DNA of 32,000 nucleotides, taken from Candidatus Saganbacteria bacterium (lineage in GTDB: Bacteria; Margulisbacteria; WOR-1; JAKLHX01). The DNA is taken from NCBI GenBank assembly GCA_026387835.1, contig JAPLKZ010000007.1, positions 5,284 to 37,283 of the forward strand. The letters run 5' to 3'. Both the position numbers and the translations under genes were made by a program. The notes beneath the pieces are model-generated. The model saw nothing but the letters and a program-made list of their open reading frames with translations. It did not search any database and was not told where the DNA came from. Every line of letters begins with the position of its first letter. The first letter of the stretch is position 1. Below are positions 1 through 7,986 of the stretch, piece by piece.

Positions 1-60
1 GCGAACCAACAAAAAATAATGAATATTTAGAGCTAAATCCGCATTAATCAATGAATATTG

Positions 61-747
61 TTAAATACCAAAATACCAATCCCTATGATGGAAATTATAT
101 AAGTCTGCCCAAAGCGAATGTATCGGGCTCTGCCAGGTCTCTATTGCATTCCTGCCATCACAACCTCCAAAACTTGCATACCCCTGTTTAAAACCCAAAA
201 ACACTTTCGCGCCATCATGAATGCCATTGGGTCTATCAGCGCCTGCCAAAAACTTAGATTCAATATTTATAAAGCTATCAAGACCGCAAATATCTGGTTG
301 AAATATGCTTGCAATCGGCGGAATGTTAAAATCATCTTGATGCTGTAATATATGCACAAATCCCGGCATTAAAATCTTTCGAGCCTCGTCAATTGCATCT
401 TTTCCTTTCTCTCTCGATACTACAAAGGCGGTCATAAATCTGGCAAAGGTTTCAGCATCTTCCGCTGTTACATAAACTCGGGGTAGCCCAACTTTGAAAG
501 GTCCGGCTACTTTATCTCCTCGGACAAAGAATTCATCCAGTCTGCAAATCAACACACCTTTTTCCACATAAGCCCCCCTAACTCCCTGCACGGCTATTTG
601 GGTTGATGTTAAAAGTGGTCTTGCATTGGGTAGATCACCTCTTCTGAATTGAGTGTTGAGCATCATTGCCCTTGCGATCCTTTCATTGGCGACATCATAC
701 GGAATGACATTTTGCGTTACTGGTCGCGTTCCTGTTGCCTTAAGCAT
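61..747 (-). CDS. hypothetical protein
   Basis: 228-aa ORF. The minus-strand start is preceded by a strong Shine-Dalgarno (AGGAGGTG, 6-8 nt before ATG). No family recognised. Confidence 0.6.
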   Translation of the reverse strand: MLKATGTRPVTQNVIPYDVANERIARAMMLNTQFRRGDLPNARPLLTSTQIAVQGVRGAYVEKGVLICRLDEFFVRGDKVAGPFKVGLPRVYVTAEDAETFARFMTAFVVSREKGKDAIDEARKILMPGFVHILQHQDDFNIPPIASIFQPDICGLDSFINIESKFLAGADRPNGIHDGAKVFLGFKQGYASFGGCDGRNAIETWQSPIHSLWADLYNFHHRDWYFGI

Positions 748-918
748 TTCACACCTCCTTTTGCTGAATTATTTTCTACATAGAACATAGGCTCGTTCTT
801 CGGCTTTGCTCGAAACCTGCGCTTTCAAGGAAATCCTCCCAAAATCCCCTCTGTATATCTATCGTAAGAAAAAACAGTGAATTTCACTTTTTTTAGTTTC
901 CCCCTTGCGTACTTTTTC

Positions 919-947
919 TTGCAGCCACTGTTAGAATTAGGTATAAT
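919..947 (+). promoter_or_regulatory. putative sigma70-type promoter for the histidine kinase gene
   Basis: TTGCAG (919-924), 17-bp spacer, TATAAT (942-947). ATG at 959. Confidence 0.6.
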
Positions 948-958
948 CAATTAAAATC

Positions 959-2149
959 ATGAAAAATAAAAAAGCAGTCGGCAAACAAACAATGTCAGAA
1001 GATAAAAAACCCTCTCAAGATATGTCGGATGCTGTCCGACAGAGCGAAAGAAAATATCAGGAACTTGTAGAGTATGCCAACAGCAACATCCTGAGGATGG
1101 ACCCTGAAGGTAAGGTCACCTTTTTCAACGAATTCGCGCAGAGGTTCTTCGGATTTTCAGAGAGCGAGATGCTGGGGCGGAGCGTCATAGGCACGATAGT
1201 TCCCGTCACGGATGACGCAGGACACGACCTGAAAAAAATGATCGAAGATATCATGGTAAACCCGCAGAATTATATCAACAATGAAAACGAGAACATGCTG
1301 CGTGACGGCAGGCGCGTATGGATAGCATGGACCAACAGGCCCGTTTATGATGAAGGACATCGTCTGAAAGAGATACTCTGCGTCGGCAACGATATCAGCG
1401 AGATAAAAAAAGCGCAGGAGCAGCTCAAAGCGATCGATAAACGGAAGTCGGATTTTGTGGCCAATGTCTCTCATGAGGTCAAAAGCCCGCTGGCGGTGAT
1501 ATGGCAGACACTGGACGTGCTTTCCAAGGGCATCACCGGTGATGTGAACGAGAAGCAAAAAGAGATACTGGAAACGGCAAAGAAGAACGTAATGCGGCTT
1601 GTAAGGCTCGTGACCGATCTTCTGGACATCTCAAAGATAGAAGCCGGGAAAATGGAGTTAAAAATAGAAGAGTTTGACATGTCCTCGCTGACGGAAGAAG
1701 TGCTCACAAACGATGAAAGTGAATTTTCAAGAAAAAAGATAGATCTTAAAAAAGACATCCCTCCGACTGCCGGGCAAGTAATGGCGGACAAAGATAAAAT
1801 TACCGAAGTGATACTCAACCTTTTAAGCAACGCGATCAAATATACCCCTCAGGGCGGAGTTATATCCGTAAAACTGTCGCAGGCCGATAAGGAAGTGCGA
1901 TTTGAGATATCTGATACAGGACCGGAGATCTCCAAAGAAAATATTGATAAGATATTCGATAAATTCGAACGCGTAATCGTCGAAAGGGAGGAAGGCACCG
2001 GGCTGGGGCTTGCCATAGCAAAAGATATCGTGCAGCTTCACGGCGGAAAACTTTGGGTCGAAAGCCCCTCGACTATGCTCGGGACAGGCGAGATCGGGAA
2101 AGGCAGCAGATTTATTTTTACTCTGCCCCGTAATACAGGCAAACAATAG
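959..2149 (+). CDS. PAS domain-containing sensor histidine kinase
   Basis: PAS region (YQELVEYANSNILRMDPEGKVTFFNEFAQRFFGFSESEMLG), H-box DFVANVSHEVKSPLAVI, N box LNLLSNAIKYTP, G boxes EISDTGPEIS and EREEGTGLGLAIAKDIVQLHGG. Confidence 0.93.
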   Translation: MKNKKAVGKQTMSEDKKPSQDMSDAVRQSERKYQELVEYANSNILRMDPEGKVTFFNEFAQRFFGFSESEMLGRSVIGTIVPVTDDAGHDLKKMIEDIMVNPQNYINNENENMLRDGRRVWIAWTNRPVYDEGHRLKEILCVGNDISEIKKAQEQLKAIDKRKSDFVANVSHEVKSPLAVIWQTLDVLSKGITGDVNEKQKEILETAKKNVMRLVRLVTDLLDISKIEAGKMELKIEEFDMSSLTEEVLTNDESEFSRKKIDLKKDIPPTAGQVMADKDKITEVILNLLSNAIKYTPQGGVISVKLSQADKEVRFEISDTGPEISKENIDKIFDKFERVIVEREEGTGLGLAIAKDIVQLHGGKLWVESPSTMLGTGEIGKGSRFIFTLPRNTGKQ

Positions 2150-2237
2150 CGCGGCATCTCGACTCGCGTCTCGAAATTGTAAATCCACTGAAATTTCTAA
2201 AATATCCATCCGATAATCGTATCGGGAACAAAAATAT

Positions 2238-3788
2238 ATGATCATAGACCGTCCGTTAAAAATACTTGCGATTTCCCCCGAGGGCAGGCTCATGCGCTCC
2301 GGAGGTTTGGGGCAGGCCGCCGGCAGCCTTGCAGTAACGATGTTCAAAATGGGACATGATGTGCGCCTGGCAGTACCAAAATATGTAAGACATGCGGAAA
2401 AGCTGAAACCGAGAGAAAGGCCGGACTTTGACGTTGACGTTTTGGTAAGAGGAATTCATACGCCGGCTTCCATTTTCCGTAAACCTTCGGATGTTGACGG
2501 GATGCCGGAGTATCTTGTTGACAATCCGAAATATTTTAACAGGTTCGGCATGTATGAAGATAAGCACAAGCATCCTTTCGATGATAACGGTGAGCGCTTC
2601 GCATATTTTTCCCTGGCAGCCCTTAGCATACCTGACAAACTCCGTGACGAAGAAGGCGGCCCGTGGAAGCCGGATATCATCCACTGCCATGACTGGCAGA
2701 CGGGAATGGTGCCGGTATTCTTTGACCAGTTCTTTAAGGGAAGGAAGGGAAAATATGCCGGCGCCAAAACAGTTCAGACCGTGCACAACGCCAGTTTTTT
2801 GGGCCCGGATAATGAGGCTATGGGGCCGGCATTCCTTGATATTTTCGGTCTGAACAGGGAACTCTTTAATAGCAGGTCACTGGAATATTTTAACAAAGTG
2901 AGAATGCTTATTGCCGGCCTGAGATGGGCGAATGCGGCAACAACAGTAAGCCAGAATTATGCGGCCGAGGTGATGAATGATTTTCCGGATCCGTCCACTC
3001 CGAACAGGCAGGATCTTCAGTGTGTCTTTAAAGACGTTGCCGCAAGAAAGCCGTTTTTGGGGATATTGAACGGCTATGATTACGAAGGAAATACATTGCT
3101 TTTGGACAAGCGGCTAAGACCAATTATCGGCAGGACCGGAAATATATTTGAGGCAAAAAGAGCGATCAAAAGGGCTGCCCAGGAGCGGTTTGGTTTGGAT
3201 ATTGAACCGGAAACACCGCTTATCGGCGTCCTGACAAGGCTGGATCCCGTGCAAAAAGGGTGTGATATTATGCTTGATGCAATACCGGGATTGCTCGGCA
3301 AGGCGCAATTCGTTGTTTGCGGCACGGGAGACAGTGCGCTCGAAACGCGGTTCTGGCGGCTGCACGCGGACCATCCGAAAAGGATCCGGATGACAGATCG
3401 CGGTAATACTTTTAATCATGAAGTCACTGAACTGATAACGTCCGGCTGTGATCTTTTTTGGATCCCGTCCAGGTTTGAACCGTGCGGATTGGTCCAGTTC
3501 GAGGCAATGGCTTACGCAACACTGGTGATCGCCAGATCGACCGGGGGGCTTAAGGACACGGTCTTTGATATCGGTGAAAATTTAAGCCGGGGTAACGGCT
3601 TCACTTTCAGGGATTATTCAAGCGGCGCCGTGTCCTTGGCGACACTGAGAGCCATAGATGTTTATCACAATGCCAAAGATCTCTGGCATCTGATGATGGA
3701 AAGAGCTTACAGGGCAAGGTATACCTGGCAGGAATCAGCCGAGCAGTATCTGAAAATGTTTTATTCGCAGCTTGGCATGATGAACTGA
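2238..3788 (+). CDS. glgA: glycogen synthase (GT5 family)
   Basis: N-terminal KILAISPEGRLMRSGGLGQAAGSLA, HCHDWQTGMVP, C-terminal IPSRFEPCGLVQFEAMAYATLVIARSTGGLKDTV. Confidence 0.9.
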   Translation: MIIDRPLKILAISPEGRLMRSGGLGQAAGSLAVTMFKMGHDVRLAVPKYVRHAEKLKPRERPDFDVDVLVRGIHTPASIFRKPSDVDGMPEYLVDNPKYFNRFGMYEDKHKHPFDDNGERFAYFSLAALSIPDKLRDEEGGPWKPDIIHCHDWQTGMVPVFFDQFFKGRKGKYAGAKTVQTVHNASFLGPDNEAMGPAFLDIFGLNRELFNSRSLEYFNKVRMLIAGLRWANAATTVSQNYAAEVMNDFPDPSTPNRQDLQCVFKDVAARKPFLGILNGYDYEGNTLLLDKRLRPIIGRTGNIFEAKRAIKRAAQERFGLDIEPETPLIGVLTRLDPVQKGCDIMLDAIPGLLGKAQFVVCGTGDSALETRFWRLHADHPKRIRMTDRGNTFNHEVTELITSGCDLFWIPSRFEPCGLVQFEAMAYATLVIARSTGGLKDTVFDIGENLSRGNGFTFRDYSSGAVSLATLRAIDVYHNAKDLWHLMMERAYRARYTWQESAEQYLKMFYSQLGMMN

Positions 3789-3853
3789 CGCTGTCCAATA
3801 TTCAAATATTTGACCATCCGGTTATTTCTTTGTAGAATTGATTACAATATAAT

Positions 3854-3927
3854 GCCGTTGTGGCGGAATTGGCCCGCCCGCAACGCTTCGCTAACGCTTG
3901 CGTAGCGATGCGGGCGGGCATACGCGC
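3854..3927 (+). pseudogene. truncated tRNA-Leu 5' copy interrupted by a palindromic element
   Basis: GCCGttgTGGCGGAATTGG (3854-3872) and CATACGCGC (3919-3927) match the 5' part of the intact tRNA-Leu at 3955. They are separated by a 46-bp palindrome. No matching anticodon or T arm follows. Confidence 0.7.
3873..3918 (+). repeat. 46-bp palindromic (REP/MITE-like) element
   Basis: Outer arms CCCGCCCGCA (3873-3882) and TGCGGGCGGG (3909-3918) are perfect 10-bp inverted repeats. An inner CGCTA/TAGCG stem lies within them. Confidence 0.75.
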
Positions 3928-3954
3928 TATAATAATATGAATAAGTGTTTGTCT

Positions 3955-4037
3955 GCCGGAGTGGCGGAATTGGCATACGCGCATGACTTAGGATCATGTG
4001 CCCAAAAGGCTTGGAGGTTCAAATCCTCTCTCCGGCA
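3955..4037 (+). tRNA. tRNA-Leu (anticodon UAG)
   Basis: Acceptor stem GCCGGAG/CTCCGGC, D arm GGCGGAATTGGCATACGC, anticodon arm CATGA CTTAGGA TCATG, variable arm GCCCAAAAGGC, T arm GGAGGTTCAAATCCTCT, discriminator A. Confidence 0.93.
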
Positions 4038-4051
4038 ATAAAGGAGGATCG

Positions 4052-4822
4052 ATGATGAAAAATAAGGTTTTGTTGATCTTTACCCTGATGATAATGTTTG
4101 CCGCGAGCGCCCTTGCCGATCATTTTAGTATCAGCTATGTTCCCGACGGGATAACAGTAAAAACTTCCGCAAAAGACAAGTCGTCGGGTAAAGCACTTTG
4201 GCAGAACACCATACAATATCAAAAAGTAAATTATAAGGGAAAGAACATGTTCTACACGCAGGAGCAGGGAAGCGGGATATACGGTCCGGACAAGACCTAC
4301 AAGAGCTGGGTGACGAGATCTTATTCGTTCCTCCAGGGGAACAGGCTTATCCCTTCCGAAGTCCAGATATTGATGAAGGACAAGAACGGGAAAGCGGTCA
4401 GGAAGATCGAAAAATATTATAACGCACAAACTGAAAGGGTCATATGTGTCGTCAACAGTAATACAAAGACATTTAATTTTAAGGACGGGATGCTGGACAA
4501 AGAAATGATGTCCGCCTGCCTTATGAATTTCCCGTTCGGCCAAAAAGACAGCATGCAGTATTATCTGCTGACGCCGGAACCCGCTGTTTATAATATGACA
4601 GTCTATTATCGAGGCAAAGAAACCCTGTCAAAAGACGGGGGTCAGATAGAATGCTATAAATTAGAAATAGTGCCGGACCTCGGCGCAATAAATATCTTTG
4701 GAGCATTCATCCCCAAGATGTATTTCTGGTATGAAACAAATGCCCCTCATGATTTTGTAAGATACGAAGGGCTTGAAAGCGGACTGGGCACCCCTTATAT
4801 CGTCATCGACAGAGAAAAATAA
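4052..4822 (+). CDS. secreted hypothetical protein, possibly DUF3108-like
   Basis: Signal peptide MMKNKVLLIFTLMIMFAASALA. SD AAGGAGGATCG directly upstream of ATGATG. The track start at 3998 lies inside the tRNA and is rejected. The family link is tentative. Confidence 0.75.
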   Translation: MMKNKVLLIFTLMIMFAASALADHFSISYVPDGITVKTSAKDKSSGKALWQNTIQYQKVNYKGKNMFYTQEQGSGIYGPDKTYKSWVTRSYSFLQGNRLIPSEVQILMKDKNGKAVRKIEKYYNAQTERVICVVNSNTKTFNFKDGMLDKEMMSACLMNFPFGQKDSMQYYLLTPEPAVYNMTVYYRGKETLSKDGGQIECYKLEIVPDLGAINIFGAFIPKMYFWYETNAPHDFVRYEGLESGLGTPYIVIDREK

Positions 4823-4842
4823 TAATATTTGTTTGAATAAAA

Positions 4843-4867
4843 AAAGCCCCGCTCCGAGCGGGGCTTT
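4843..4867. terminator. bidirectional intrinsic terminator between convergent genes
   Basis: AAAAGCCCCGCTCCGAGCGGGGCTTT: GC-rich perfect hairpin flanked by an A-run and TTTAATATTTT. Confidence 0.88.
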
Positions 4868-4889
4868 AATATTTTAAGGACCTGAAAGT

Positions 4890-5762
4890 CTATATACCCT
4901 CGCCGTACCTTGTCATCCAGCAGGCTCCGACAGCTATTATTGCGACTATCGCGCTGACGATCTGCCCGAGCACCGGAACGAGCCCGATAAGAGCAAGCAG
5001 GACGATGCCCCAGATAATCTCGGTGACCATGGGCTGGTTGTAGCGTTTAAAGCTGCTGAGGAGTTTTTTCCCGATGATCTGCGACGCCGCGATATAGCCG
5101 AGCACGAGGGCCAGGCCGTAAGCGACGATCTCGACTATGATCAGCGGGATCCCCATGATGCTGACGACAAGCAGAGCGCAGATAGGTATGATCAGGATTA
5201 TCCATAGAAGGCCCCAGAGGAAAGATTTAATAGGATGTCTTTCCACGGCGACCGAGACCCATCCGACCCTTCTCGGGAACAGAAGGCCTGCCGCGATGCC
5301 GAGAGCGAGCACGCCCAGGAACGAAAGGAGCGCCGCGAACACCGTGGCCATATAGACTACCGAAGGCGCGTATTGCGTACCCAGGGCTGAGACACATGTA
5401 AATGATTGTGGCATTGTTACCTCCGTAATTTCTCCGGCGACTTTAGCGCCGGGAGCTTTTTTGACTACCCCTCCTACAGCGGCCACTTTTCCGTTGACCC
5501 TTGCGGACGGCCTTAATATTACACTTCCTCCGACCGCTACCACGTCGCCTGTCACTTCTCCCGCGACAGCGACCGATCCCCCGACCGCGACCACCGATTT
5601 GACCGTCATACCGGCCGGGACAGCGGCATTTGAACCGATCTTTATAATATCAGCGAGCACAGGTCTGTCGGAGGCAAGACTTTTACTGGATGCGGCAAAG
5701 GCGGGTAGAGCAGAGACGATCACCAAAATAAGCGAAAATGCTAAAACTCTTCTGAGATTCAT
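4890..5762 (-). CDS. membrane protein with N-terminal repeat region resembling polymer-forming (bactofilin-like) proteins
   Basis: Signal peptide, repeats of the form VVAVGGSVAVAGEVTGDVVAVGGSV, then several transmembrane segments. SD GGAGG before the start. Confidence 0.75.
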   Translation of the reverse strand: MNLRRVLAFSLILVIVSALPAFAASSKSLASDRPVLADIIKIGSNAAVPAGMTVKSVVAVGGSVAVAGEVTGDVVAVGGSVILRPSARVNGKVAAVGGVVKKAPGAKVAGEITEVTMPQSFTCVSALGTQYAPSVVYMATVFAALLSFLGVLALGIAAGLLFPRRVGWVSVAVERHPIKSFLWGLLWIILIIPICALLVVSIMGIPLIIVEIVAYGLALVLGYIAASQIIGKKLLSSFKRYNQPMVTEIIWGIVLLALIGLVPVLGQIVSAIVAIIAVGACWMTRYGEGI

Positions 5763-5820
5763 GCGATCCTCCTTTCCGAGTTATGTTTGCGGAAATAATT
5801 GTACAATACGGCAGCGTTAT

Positions 5821-5849
5821 TTGCAAGGTCGGTTTTGTTGTGGTAAAAT
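5821..5849 (+). promoter_or_regulatory. putative promoter for the EF-G-like gene
   Basis: TTGCAA (5821-5826), 17-bp spacer, extended -10 TGGTAAAAT (-10 hexamer 5844-5849). Confidence 0.6.
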
Positions 5850-5898
5850 TTCTCAAAATATCGCTGAAACACGGAAAAGGCATCCACAGGAGAAAAAA

Positions 5899-7980
5899 AT
5901 GAAGCAATACACCGCAGAAAAGATCAAGAACATCGTCATGCTCGGCCACGCGGGCAGCGGGAAGACTTCGACGGCGGAAGCGATGCTTTTTGATTCGGGG
6001 GCGACACAAAGGATGGGAAGCGTGGTGGAAGGGAACACTGTCACGGACTTTGACGCCGAAGAAATAAAAAGAAAGAACAGTGTCAGGCTGAGCCTCGCGC
6101 CGTTTGAATATAAGGATTATAAGGTCAATCTCATAGACGTTCCCGGATTTGCGGATTTTGTCGGAGAAGCGATATCGGGGATATCCGCCGCCGACTCCGC
6201 GATATTTGTCGCCTGCGCCGTCACGGGCCTTGGAGTCGGCGCTCACGAATTCTGGAGGCTCGCGGACGAAAAAAATCTGCCGAGGATCATTTTCATCAAC
6301 AAGATGGATAAGGAAAGGGCGGACTATTATACGACGCTTGATGTATTGCGGGAATCTTTCGGCAAAGACGTGGTCCCTGTCTATATACCTATAGGAAAAG
6401 AAGCTTCGTTTTCAGGGGTCGTCGATGTCCTGAACAAAAAAGCGTATAAGTTCGAGAACGGAAAATCCTCGGAGATACCCATCCCTGAAGACATGAACGG
6501 CCCGGTCGAAAAATACCGCGACATGCTCATCGAAGAGGTAGTGGAGATCGACGAGGCCCTGCTTGAAAAATTCATGAACAACGAGGAGATAAGCGACGCG
6601 CAGATAGCCGAGGCTTTTCAGAAAAGCGTGGACCACAAGCAGATCTATCCCGTTCTTTGCGGGAGCGCCGCGAAGAACATCGGAATAAACCTGCTTGCCG
6701 AAGCCGCGGAGCACTGGCTGCCGGGAGCGGACGAAATAAAGCTGCAGGGACTTGACGGCAGCGAAAGAAAACCGGCAAAGGACGAAGCTTTTTCGGGATA
6801 TATCTTTTCCACGATGATCGAGCCCCATGTCGGAGAGTTGTCTTTTGTCCGGGTGTTGTCCGGGGCGCTCAATCACTCAAGCTCGGTATACAATTCCTCG
6901 AAGAACACGTCCGAGAGGGTGGGGCAGCTGTTTTTTTTAAGAGGGAAGAACAGGGAAGAGACCCAGTCCGCGACGGCCGGGGACATCGTGGCGCTGCCGA
7001 AATTAAAAAGCACCGCCACGGGCGATACGCTTTGCGACCAGAACAGGCAGATCGTCTACAGGCCGGCCGCGTATCCAGAACCGATATTATCGATCGCGGT
7101 CAAACCAAAGTCCAAGGCCGACCAGGAAAAAATGGGCACGGCCCTGAATTCGCTGACGCATGAGGACCCTACTTTCAAAGTTTCGCATAACATCGAGACC
7201 AAAGAGACGATAATTTCCGGAATGGGCGATGTCCATCTTGAGGTGATGCTTGAACGTGTCAAAAAGAGGTTCGGCGTGGAGATCGAAGCAGGCGCACCGA
7301 GGATCCCTTACAGAGAAACGATCAGGGGAAAGGCGAAAGGCCAGGGAAAATACAAGAAACAATCGGGCGGCCGCGGGCAGTACGGCGACTGCTGGCTCGA
7401 TATAGAGCCTCTGCCGAGAGGGAGGGGTTTTGTTTTTGTCGACAAGATCGTGGGGGGAGCCATCCCGAAAAACTATATCCCGTCCATCGAAAAAGGAATA
7501 AAGGAAACGATGATAACCGGAGTGATCGCCGGCTATCAGGTGATGGACGTCAAAATAACGCTGTGCGACGGTTCTTATCACGAGGTGGATTCATCGGACA
7601 TGGCCTTCAAGATAGCGGGTTCCATGGGATTCAAAAAGACCTTCAACGACGCGATACCGATAATACTTGAGCCGATAATGAACCTGGAGATAAACGTGCC
7701 TGACGACTGCGTCGGCGATATTGTCTCCGACATAAATAAAAGAAGAGGAAAGATACTCGGAATGGACCAGGCGGCGTCAAAGCACACGATAGTAAAGACC
7801 ACCGTGCCGTTCGCGGAGGCCTCAAAATACGCGTCAGACCTGCGGTCGATAAGCCGCGGGAGGGGATATTTTTCATCAAAATTCTCCCACTACGAAGAGG
7901 CGCCCGCAAAGACCCAGCAGGAACTCAGGACAAAATACGAGCAGCTGAAAGCGGCGGGGGAACTGAGAGAGATGGCGTAA
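5899..7980 (+). CDS. elongation factor G-like GTPase (EF-G/EF-G2 family)
   Basis: P-loop GHAGSGKTST, IDVPGFADFVGE (G3), NKMDKERADY (G4), EF-G domains III-V (YRETIRGKAKGQGKYKKQSGGRGQYGDCWLDIEP). The 5461 start of the track is extended upstream. The SD-like aggag precedes ATG 5899. Confidence 0.92.
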   Translation: MKQYTAEKIKNIVMLGHAGSGKTSTAEAMLFDSGATQRMGSVVEGNTVTDFDAEEIKRKNSVRLSLAPFEYKDYKVNLIDVPGFADFVGEAISGISAADSAIFVACAVTGLGVGAHEFWRLADEKNLPRIIFINKMDKERADYYTTLDVLRESFGKDVVPVYIPIGKEASFSGVVDVLNKKAYKFENGKSSEIPIPEDMNGPVEKYRDMLIEEVVEIDEALLEKFMNNEEISDAQIAEAFQKSVDHKQIYPVLCGSAAKNIGINLLAEAAEHWLPGADEIKLQGLDGSERKPAKDEAFSGYIFSTMIEPHVGELSFVRVLSGALNHSSSVYNSSKNTSERVGQLFFLRGKNREETQSATAGDIVALPKLKSTATGDTLCDQNRQIVYRPAAYPEPILSIAVKPKSKADQEKMGTALNSLTHEDPTFKVSHNIETKETIISGMGDVHLEVMLERVKKRFGVEIEAGAPRIPYRETIRGKAKGQGKYKKQSGGRGQYGDCWLDIEPLPRGRGFVFVDKIVGGAIPKNYIPSIEKGIKETMITGVIAGYQVMDVKITLCDGSYHEVDSSDMAFKIAGSMGFKKTFNDAIPIILEPIMNLEINVPDDCVGDIVSDINKRRGKILGMDQAASKHTIVKTTVPFAEASKYASDLRSISRGRGYFSSKFSHYEEAPAKTQQELRTKYEQLKAAGELREMA

Positions 7981-7986
7981 GAAAAG

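Noticed and set aside
871-900. Small AGTGA/TCACT hairpin flanked by A and T runs upstream of the histidine kinase
   Set aside because: Stem is only 5 bp with a mismatch before the A/T runs. Too weak to call a terminator or operator.
3998-4051. N-terminal extension MPKRLGGSNPLSGNKGGS of the secreted protein
   Set aside because: It lies in the 3' half of the tRNA-Leu gene. The real start MMKNK has a strong SD and a clean signal peptide.
5461-5898. N-terminal extension of the EF-G ORF in the track
   Set aside because: The extension is antisense to the bactofilin-like gene, low complexity (PTTATFPLTLADG...), and the EF-G fold begins at MKQYTAEKIKNIVMLGHAGSGK with its own promoter and SD.
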